A stretch of DNA of 64,000 nt, taken from contig JAHZHB010000119.1 of the NCBI GenBank assembly GCA_019420465.1, positions 1,002 through 65,001 of the forward strand. Direction: 5' to 3'. The notes under the pieces are model-generated. The model saw only the letters and a program-made list of their open reading frames with translations, was not told the DNA's origin and ran no database searches. The stretch comes from Lachnospiraceae bacterium. GTDB taxonomy: Bacteria; Bacillota; Clostridia; Lachnospirales; Lachnospiraceae. The position numbers and the translations under genes were made by a program. Below are positions 56,743 through 64,000 of this stretch, piece after piece. Each line of letters starts with the position of its first letter. Positions within the stretch are counted from its first letter, which is position 1.

Positions 56743-57063
56743 CTAGCCCAGTACACGCTCTGCCAGCTGGCTGAAACGGTCTTTGTCACCCTGACAGAAC
56801 TCTGTAAACAGCTCTTTCATCTGTGCCTCTACAAAATCATCTACCGGTACCAGTGCGATCACATAGCTGTTTCTGCCACGGCGCTCCTTGCGGATATACT
56901 GCTTCTGTTCGATCTTCATCAGGAATGTGGCCAGTGTCGTTCTGGCATACACCTCACCCTTTTTGGTGTGAAGCTCCTGTCTGAGTGCTGTCTCAGCGAT
57001 CTCACCGCCATTGCACCATACTACACGCATAATTTCCATTTCGCTGTTTGTCAAACGTTCCAT
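56743..57063 (-). CDS. BlaI/MecI/CopY-family transcriptional repressor
   Basis: 106-aa winged helix with the typical LT.SEMEIMRVVW N-terminus. Confidence 0.8.
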   Translation of the reverse strand: MERLTNSEMEIMRVVWCNGGEIAETALRQELHTKKGEVYARTTLATFLMKIEQKQYIRKERRGRNSYVIALVPVDDFVEAQMKELFTEFCQGDKDRFSQLAERVLG

Positions 57064-57216
57064 GGTCTCTCTCCTCCATACTTTGATAGGTCTATTATAG
57101 TATACCTGTTACATGTAGGACAATACTTCTGTGAACTTATTTTTCTTCCAATATTTTCTTACACTGTGTATATGGCATTTGGCCCACTTTTTTCCCCATT
57201 TAAGAAAGGAATGCCT

Positions 57217-57462
57217 ATGAAAACATATGATTTTGGACATATCGAGATCCATCTCGACCGTCTGCTGGAAGAAAAAGGACTCAGCAAAAACAAACTGTCC
57301 CAACGCGCAGAAATGCAACGAACACAGATCAATCATTTCTGCAACAATGATATTTCGCGGCTGGACACCGCTGTGCTGGCACGGATCTGTGCCACACTGA
57401 ACTGTTCTATCGCCGACCTGCTGGAATATATCCCGCCGGAAAGCACAGACAGCCCCCTTTAA
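57217..57462 (+). CDS. XRE-family helix-turn-helix regulator
   Basis: 81 aa with a Cro/C1-type HTH (LSKNKLSQRAEMQRTQINHF). AAAGGAA RBS; the track ORF starts too early at 56968. Confidence 0.75.
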   Translation: MKTYDFGHIEIHLDRLLEEKGLSKNKLSQRAEMQRTQINHFCNNDISRLDTAVLARICATLNCSIADLLEYIPPESTDSPL

Positions 57463-57689
57463 TTCTACATTTTACATCGCTTTAGGCTTTCAGAAAAGCC
57501 CTAATTTGCAACAAACACAATTTTTCACAAATTATACATATTCTCCGGCCATTTTTCTCTGATGATGGTCTTTTTGCTGTTACTTTTTCAGATACCCCAA
57601 AATAAGCTTCGTCCAACAGACCGCTTATGACTGTACACCATAAATCAAAATGGGTCCACTGGACCAATTATTGATATGCATGGCAAATC

Positions 57690-57733
57690 AAAAACAGAGA
57701 TATCTGCCTTGATCGGGCAGTATCTCTGTTTTT
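57690..57733. terminator. bidirectional intrinsic terminator
   Basis: Hairpin ACAGAGATATCTGCC...GGCAGTATCTCTGT is flanked by A5 and T5. Confidence 0.65.
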
Positions 57734-57776
57734 CCATAGCATCTATAGCCTTCTTTATGTCACTGTACAGCCATCT

Positions 57777-58364
57777 TTATGCACGACGCTCTGCTGCTTT
57801 GCCATATGTTTTCTCACTACACTGGCTGATCAGTGTGTCAATCGTCAGCTCGAACGTATCTGAAAGTCGCGCAAGTAATACCTCACCATCCTCTTTCATT
57901 CCGTCCATGATCCAGTGACGCGTATAATCTACCATCGCACAACTGTAAAAACTGACGATATACTGGATATCCACTTCCTCCAGAGCCGCATGCTCTGCTC
58001 TTTGCTCCACAAAGGGACGGACAAAATCCCGAATGACATTAACCAGATAATTCATCAGAATATCCTGATGTCTGGATCTGGCCAGATGCAGCACCGCACT
58101 TTTATACTGCAGGATGATCCTTGCCGCTGACAGATACGCCTCGTAAAATGTCCGTTCTTCCGTATGACGGGCACGCAGCTGTTCTCTGTCCTCCCGGAAA
58201 ATATCTTCCAGTACATCATAGATATCTCTGTAATAATAATAAAATGTATTTCGATTCAGCTCGCAGCGCATAACGATATCTTTGACTGTCACTTTGTCAA
58301 ACGGCTTCTCCTCCAGCAGTTCAAGACATGCATTTCGTATAGCCTGCTTTGTAAATTTCGACAT
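57777..58364 (-). CDS. TetR/AcrR-family transcriptional regulator
   Basis: N-terminal TetR HTH (FDKVTVKDIVMRCELNRNTFYYYY). Confidence 0.85.
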   Translation of the reverse strand: MSKFTKQAIRNACLELLEEKPFDKVTVKDIVMRCELNRNTFYYYYRDIYDVLEDIFREDREQLRARHTEERTFYEAYLSAARIILQYKSAVLHLARSRHQDILMNYLVNVIRDFVRPFVEQRAEHAALEEVDIQYIVSFYSCAMVDYTRHWIMDGMKEDGEVLLARLSDTFELTIDTLISQCSEKTYGKAAERRA

Positions 58365-58465
58365 ATCTTTTGCTCCACTCTTTCACTTACAGGTGTCTCA
58401 AACTCAGATTATATCGGTTTTTCTCTTTTTCTGCAAGCGACAAACCCAAAGGGACTGTCGCATAC

Positions 58466-59494
58466 TTAACAATCCAGATAAGCGACCAGAAGACGCAGGG
58501 TGTTCTCCACAGCATCCACATGTGACCGCTCATAGCCATGAGAGGCATAAACACCCGGGCCGATCAGTCCATGCTTTGCATCTGCCCCCGCCTCCAGCGC
58601 AGCATCTGCATCTGACCCATAATGCGGATACACATCGGCTGCATAGGAAATATGATGCTCCTTTGCCGTAGCGATCAGCTTTCTCACCACATCATAATGA
58701 TAGGGTCCGCCACCATCCTTGACACAGATGGATACCTGATGTTCATCACATTCCAGTCCCTTACCGATACAGCCCATATCTACAGACAGAAGCTCCTCGA
58801 TATCGTCTGCCACCGGCGCACAGGCACCGTGACCGACCTCTTCAAAGACTGTGATATGCTCATAGACCTTTCGTTTTAAGTCCACATGCTCTTCTTTGAC
58901 ATACTTCGCATAGCCAAGCAGGATCGCCGCACTCAGTTTGTCATCCAGAAAACGGCTCTTGATATAGCCGGAGGCTGTCACGCGTGTACGTGGCTCCACA
59001 CAGACAATGCAGCCGTTTTCGATACCAAGCTTTAATACATCCTCTTTCGTATGCACATCTTCATCCAGCACGACCTCTACCGTATCAAAACTTCGCTTTG
59101 TATCACTGAACTCCCCGTTTACATGAATTGAGGCATCGATCAGCTGGATCGTACCTTCGTAAACCCTGCCGTCAAAGCTGTAGACATGGCAGTTTTCTGT
59201 CTCTGTATTGTTGGCATTTAAACCGCCAAGCGGTGTCAGACGCAGACATCCATCTGCTTTGATCTCGGCTACCATCGCCCCCAGTGTATCGGTATGGGCC
59301 ATCAGCACTACCGGTGTGCTTTCACCGCCAAGGCAGACGCAGACACCACCTTTTTTTGTCTGCCAGGGTGTATAGCCCAGGCGGGTGTATTCCGCCATCA
59401 GATAATCCGCTACCTGCTGTGTGAAACCGGTTGGGCTGTCGATTGACAGCAGCTGTTTCATCTGTTCAATGATATACTCTGTATATTTCTTCAT
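58466..59494 (-). CDS. M42-family metallopeptidase
   Basis: 342 aa with an M42-like layout (HTD near residue 68, EEVG block). Confidence 0.8.
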   Translation of the reverse strand: MKKYTEYIIEQMKQLLSIDSPTGFTQQVADYLMAEYTRLGYTPWQTKKGGVCVCLGGESTPVVLMAHTDTLGAMVAEIKADGCLRLTPLGGLNANNTETENCHVYSFDGRVYEGTIQLIDASIHVNGEFSDTKRSFDTVEVVLDEDVHTKEDVLKLGIENGCIVCVEPRTRVTASGYIKSRFLDDKLSAAILLGYAKYVKEEHVDLKRKVYEHITVFEEVGHGACAPVADDIEELLSVDMGCIGKGLECDEHQVSICVKDGGGPYHYDVVRKLIATAKEHHISYAADVYPHYGSDADAALEAGADAKHGLIGPGVYASHGYERSHVDAVENTLRLLVAYLDC

Positions 59495-59527
59495 AAAATA
59501 CGATCTCCTGTATTACCTGTCTGTTTT

Positions 59528-60133
59528 TTATGCATTTTCCTGTTCCATCGCCTCTGCCACACTGTCCTCGCAGCTTCTCATGGCCTCGATCGTTTTAGCG
59601 AACAGCTCATCCAGCTCCCAGCCAAGCTTTTCGGCACCTTCACGGATCACCTCGCGGGAACATCCGGCAGCAAAATGCTTGTCTTTAAACTTCTTTTTCA
59701 GGCTTTTTACTTCCATATCCTTTGTACTTTTGGAGGGACGCATCAGCGCGCAGGACCAGATCAGTCCGGTCAGCTCATCTGCGGCAAACAGGACTTTCTC
59801 CATCTCCAGTACCGGCTCTACATCGCAGCAGATCCCATAGCCATGGGAACAGATCGCATGGATCATTTTTTCATTTACATTTCCCTTTTTTAAAAGCTCC
59901 GGTGCCTTTGTGCAGTGTTCCTGTGGATACATCTCAAAGTCAATATCATGCAGAAGACCTACCTGGCCCCAGAATTCTTCTTCATCGGCATGCCCCAACG
60001 CTCTGGCATACCAGCGCATCACACCCTCCACTGTCAGGGCATGGCGAATATGAAAATTATCTTTATTATATGTTTTCAGCAGTGCCAGCGCTTCATCGCG
60101 GGTGATACTGCTCTGTAAAGTTTCAGTTGACAT
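59528..60133 (-). CDS. HD-domain (HDIG-type) phosphohydrolase
   Basis: H...HD motif (LLHDID). GGAGGTG RBS precedes ATG 60133. Confidence 0.75.
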   Translation of the reverse strand: MSTETLQSSITRDEALALLKTYNKDNFHIRHALTVEGVMRWYARALGHADEEEFWGQVGLLHDIDFEMYPQEHCTKAPELLKKGNVNEKMIHAICSHGYGICCDVEPVLEMEKVLFAADELTGLIWSCALMRPSKSTKDMEVKSLKKKFKDKHFAAGCSREVIREGAEKLGWELDELFAKTIEAMRSCEDSVAEAMEQENA

Positions 60134-60173
60134 ACTTTGCCACCTCCTTTGTCGTTGCTTCTTTTGTCTTATC

Positions 60174-60710
60174 CTAACGCTCATTCATCAGCTCATCCAT
60201 CAGAACAATGTGGTCGTTTTTCAGCGTTTCTTTCATATTGATAATACGCTGGTTTTCCGAGCCACGGAAACGGATGCGCAGATTTTTCTTTTCTTCAATA
60301 AATCGACCGTCTACAAGAACATCGATATTTGAAAAGATCTCCTGTGTCAGCTCCCCGCAGTTGCCACGTGTATCGCCGTTTAGCTCTTCAAACGTAAAAC
60401 CAGTATACATCCAGATAGTTTTGTCTGGAAGAGCTTCTCTGACGGCTTTGATCAGAGGCAGAAGCTCCTTCTGGTTTTCCGGTTCAAAGGGCTCTCCACC
60501 GAGTATCGTAAGACCGGCGATATGTGAAGGCTCCAGCTCTTTTAGAAGCTCCTGTCTGGTTTCTTCTGTAAACGGCTCGCCAAAATCGAAATCCCAGGTC
60601 TGCTGACTGAAGCAGTTTTTGCAGTGATTGCGACAGCCGGAAACAAAAAGGGAGACCCGGACGCCGACACCGTTTTCTATACTGAAGCTTTTGATATTTC
60701 CATAATGCAT
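60174..60710 (-). CDS. nrdG: anaerobic ribonucleoside-triphosphate reductase activating protein
   Basis: Radical SAM motif CRNHCKNC within the NrdG-like N-terminus NGVGVRVSLFVSGC. 178 aa. Confidence 0.85.
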   Translation of the reverse strand: MHYGNIKSFSIENGVGVRVSLFVSGCRNHCKNCFSQQTWDFDFGEPFTEETRQELLKELEPSHIAGLTILGGEPFEPENQKELLPLIKAVREALPDKTIWMYTGFTFEELNGDTRGNCGELTQEIFSNIDVLVDGRFIEEKKNLRIRFRGSENQRIINMKETLKNDHIVLMDELMNER

Positions 60711-61076
60711 ATGCCTTTACCTGCCCAAAGAGCCCGCACCATAAACGATGCGGGCTCTTGTCCTGGGTTCTTTCCTTCCTTCTATCACAATACAAGACGT
60801 AAATTTCGATACATAAAGTCTGTGCCGCAAAAACCGTATTCACTCTGAAGAGAATACCGGATGCTTTTGCAACATCTTTTATATTATATCGTGTTTCTCT
60901 TCATATTTCAATATGGCTTTTTGCTTATATTTTTATGGTTTCTTTAGGTATTTTTTATATTTATTGTTGGCTGGCTGTGACTTTTGTGAGGTTTGCCAAT
61001 GACCTGCTCCTCAAAATAAAACAATTCTTCAAATTTTTTGCCCGGCACAATGCACAGGATCAAAGCATCCCTGTTC

Positions 61077-62621
61077 TCACTGCTCCAACAGCAAAAATCC
61101 CAGCACCAGATCCTGGCATGTCTCCCCATCATCCAGATGCAGACCGGTAAGTTTTTCGATACGTTCCATGCGCCGGAAAAAGGTAGTACGGTGTACATAG
61201 ATTGCCTCCGCAGCCGTAGTCATATTGCATCCACAGTCCAGATAGGACTTTAATGTCTTACAGTATTCCGTCTCCTGTTCCTCATCTATATGCTGTAGAA
61301 GAAGCAGTGCCGGAGGTACCAGCATGGAAACCGGCATTTCCCGCTTCATGGACTCCAGAAGATACTCCCTGCGGTAGTCCTCATAGAAATAGTACCAGTA
61401 ATAAGGATCCTTTTTTCGACCGATACGAAGCGCAATATCTGCTGCCCGGACAGCCTGCGGAATCAGGGACAATTCCTGAAACGCAGGACTTACTCCGGCG
61501 ATGCATACATACTCCCGGATGAACTGAGCCACCTGCTGATGAAACTTCTGGGACTGCACATCCACCAGAGACTTTGACAGATTGACCAGCCAGATGATCT
61601 CATCACCATTTTGCACGCCGCAGGAATAGGGCCACGTTGACTCCAGCCGGGAAATCAGAAAGGAAAACGTGGTCTCCTTATGAATCGTCCAGCGTTCCCC
61701 TGCCAGGAAACGGTATTTGATCAGCGTACACGTATCCTTCGGATTCCAGTGTGCAGCCTTGAACACACTGCCCATAGCATCCTCTGCCAACTCATTTCCT
61801 TTAAGAATCAGTTCTAACGTCTCATGAATAGGATCCGGCATCAGATCACGGAACAGACGGCTTCGGGAAATTCCCCATGAAGATATATACTCCGAAATTA
61901 CAGAAAACAGTTCCTCCATTCCCGGATGAAGCCGAGCCTCTTTTTCCGGCAAAAACATGACCATGCGCGCCAGATAGACCCCATCACTGAAAATATTTCT
62001 GCAATAATTATAGCAGTCCAGACTCTTATTATAATAGTAGAAACACTCCTGATACCCCAATGCCTTATGAAATTCCTCATCCATAATCAGATCATATGCA
62101 ACTTCCGGCGAAATAGATCCCCCATCATACGTTAGCAATGCTTTCATCTTTTTCGAGTTATACAGATTTCTGAGGTCCTTCCAGGCCAGGAAAAATGGCA
62201 TACCAAGAATATTTTCCGCCATTTCAAGTATCTTTTCGTCATCTTCTGACAGCAGCATGGTTCTGAGAAGTTCAGATTCTCTGCAGATGAACTGCTGTCG
62301 AACAGCATTTACTTCTTTTTCCACAATATCCGGATCTCCAACCAGCACGCATCCGGAATCAACTGCTGGTCTTGCAAGAAAAGACTCTGCCGCTACTGCC
62401 TCATCCTCATCACCAACAGTGATAATCACAGAAAACAGCGTATCGGAAACTACCTTTGCAAGCTCTCCCGCACGCAAAACAACTACCGTTTTCTCATATG
62501 TCTTGCTCTTGTCATATCCTCTTTCCACCAAAGCAAATTCTTTTGCAGATCCGGCTCTTTTTTCCTGAAGAACCCTGAATTTCCCCTCAAGCTTCAAAAG
62601 CAGCATATTCACTGTTACCAT
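61077..62621 (-). CDS. PucR-family transcriptional regulator
   Basis: C-terminal PucR-type HTH (AAEAIYVHRTTFFRRMERIEKLTG). GGAGGTG RBS precedes ATG 62621. Confidence 0.8.
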   Translation of the reverse strand: MVTVNMLLLKLEGKFRVLQEKRAGSAKEFALVERGYDKSKTYEKTVVVLRAGELAKVVSDTLFSVIITVGDEDEAVAAESFLARPAVDSGCVLVGDPDIVEKEVNAVRQQFICRESELLRTMLLSEDDEKILEMAENILGMPFFLAWKDLRNLYNSKKMKALLTYDGGSISPEVAYDLIMDEEFHKALGYQECFYYYNKSLDCYNYCRNIFSDGVYLARMVMFLPEKEARLHPGMEELFSVISEYISSWGISRSRLFRDLMPDPIHETLELILKGNELAEDAMGSVFKAAHWNPKDTCTLIKYRFLAGERWTIHKETTFSFLISRLESTWPYSCGVQNGDEIIWLVNLSKSLVDVQSQKFHQQVAQFIREYVCIAGVSPAFQELSLIPQAVRAADIALRIGRKKDPYYWYYFYEDYRREYLLESMKREMPVSMLVPPALLLLQHIDEEQETEYCKTLKSYLDCGCNMTTAAEAIYVHRTTFFRRMERIEKLTGLHLDDGETCQDLVLGFLLLEQ

Positions 62622-62828
62622 AGCTTCGCACCTCCATGCTACAAATTGTAGCGTTTGATATGGCAACTGTCAACAGAGCATACATTTACATAATATCTGA
62701 GTATCTATATAATGAAGCTATAAACGGGGAATATCAGAGGAACCTTTCCCTGTTCATGAATTTCCATGAACATCAGAAGATGCTTTTTAAACCATCTTCT
62801 GCACCAAAAGAAAGCGGAGGAACATTCT

Positions 62829-64000
62829 ATGGCAAATGAAGACATTCAGAAACTGTATCAAAAACGACTTGACCGTGTAAACAAAGCCATCCGTCTCGAA
62901 CCCACTGACAGAGTGCCTCTGGCACCTTTTTTCCAGTCCTATATGCAAAGATCCGGTGGTTCCAGCTACAAAGACATTTATTATGACTTTGATAAAGCTG
63001 CCCAGGCAACAATCAATTTCTACAAGAAATATCCCATGCCAGATGTCGCCATGACGCCTCTTTACTGCAGTGGCCGTGCAAATGAACTGGCAGCAACCAA
63101 AGTCATTGACTGGCCCGGAAGACCGGGGACAAAGGTATCCGACTTCAGTTCCCATCAGGTCATTGAGCTGGAACCCATGTTGCCGGAAGAATACCCTGAA
63201 ATGTTGAATGACTTTACAGGTTTTATGATCCGTAAATACATTCCCAGAGTATATCCCAACCTGAAAGCACTGGAAAAGATCAGTATCACGCCTACCGTTG
63301 TCTTAAGCACTACGATGCTGGCACCTTTCTATGATCCCGAAGTACAGACAGCCATGCAGCTTCTGGCACAGATCGGGGAAGAAGACGCAAAAGCAGCAGC
63401 AGCTTCCGCAGATATCGCCAATAAGCTGGCCGCCATGGGATATCCCACAATGATGAGCGGCATTTCCGAAGCCCCCTATGATATTCTGGGCGATTATTTC
63501 CGTGGTACTATGGGCATCTTTGAAGATCTGACGGATCCGGATATGGCTGAATATATCGATCAGGCCTGTGATATGTTTGCAGAGCAGCAGATCCGGGCAT
63601 TGCAATATTTCCGCTATGTAGATATGCCAGTAAAACGTGTATTCTTCCCGCTGCATAAAGCCATGGATGGTTTTATGAATGAGAAGCAATTTGAGCGTTT
63701 CTACTGGAAACCACTGAAGAAGATCATGATGGCATTGATCGACATGGGTGTCACACCTTTCATTTATACAGAAGGACCTTATGACAGCCGTATTGATATG
63801 CTGACAGATGTACCTAAAGGAAAAGTTCTCTATCACTTTGAGAAATGTGATATGAAGAGAGCCAAAGAAAAGCTCTCCGGTATCGCCTGCATTTCCGGTA
63901 ACTTAAGCGTATCTCTCATGGAATTCGGCGCAAAAGAACAGGTTGAAGATCAGGTAAAATACCTTCTGGAGACCTGTGCCCCGGGCGGCGGATATATCTT
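62829..64000 (+). CDS. uroporphyrinogen decarboxylase (URO-D) family protein, 3' end outside the window
   Basis: My own translation from ATG 62829 (GGAGGAA RBS) stays open to the window edge for 390 codons, reading MANEDIQKLYQKRLDRVNKAI...GNLSVSLMEFG...CAPGGGYI. This resembles MtaA/URO-D-like methyltransferase-family proteins. It is absent from the ORF track because there is no in-window stop. Confidence 0.65.
   Translation, partial: MANEDIQKLYQKRLDRVNKAIRLEPTDRVPLAPFFQSYMQRSGGSSYKDIYYDFDKAAQATINFYKKYPMPDVAMTPLYCSGRANELAATKVIDWPGRPGTKVSDFSSHQVIELEPMLPEEYPEMLNDFTGFMIRKYIPRVYPNLKALEKISITPTVVLSTTMLAPFYDPEVQTAMQLLAQIGEEDAKAAAASADIANKLAAMGYPTMMSGISEAPYDILGDYFRGTMGIFEDLTDPDMAEYIDQACDMFAEQQIRALQYFRYVDMPVKRVFFPLHKAMDGFMNEKQFERFYWKPLKKIMMALIDMGVTPFIYTEGPYDSRIDMLTDVPKGKVLYHFEKCDMKRAKEKLSGIACISGNLSVSLMEFGAKEQVEDQVKYLLETCAPGGGYI

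Overview
This looks like a chromosomal segment of a spore-forming Firmicute, Clostridia/Lachnospiraceae-like by gene content (taxonomy is inference). Nearly all genes are on the minus strand. Left to right:
- the spoVA (AC/AB/AA) and spoIIA (sigF/spoIIAB/spoIIAA) sporulation operons, a zinc-ribbon/TPR protein, folC, and T-box-controlled valS;
- a lower-GC sugar-uptake islet with a CUT1-type ABC transporter, a PF12831-like FAD oxidoreductase and a YesM/YesN-like two-component system;
- an orphan cobalamin riboswitch;
- a TPP-riboswitch-controlled ykoFEDC-like ECF transporter, extended by a radical-SAM-like gene and an unknown gene;
- an SGNH hydrolase and a SASP;
- an AT-rich islet with a COG1373-type AAA ATPase carrying a PD-(D/E)xK-like tail;
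- DUF89 and LacI genes, addBA, nadE, hslO, a methyltransferase, and an M18 peptidase;
- a sortase-dependent pilus locus with a major pilin, two class C sortases, a ~2360-aa LPMTG adhesin and a B-repeat protein;
- asnA behind a BlaI-like repressor, XRE and TetR regulators, an M42 peptidase, an HD protein, nrdG, a PucR regulator, and a 3'-truncated URO-D-family gene missing from the ORF track.

I saw no rRNA, tRNA, CRISPR array or transposase. The best leads are:
- the stand-alone B12 riboswitch aimed antisense at an AraC-type regulator gene;
- the radical-SAM-like extension of the thiamine-precursor transporter operon;
- the ATPase/nuclease islet with operator-like repeats;
- the Cys/His-rich module in the giant adhesin.

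All family assignments rest on motif recognition by eye; no searches were run.
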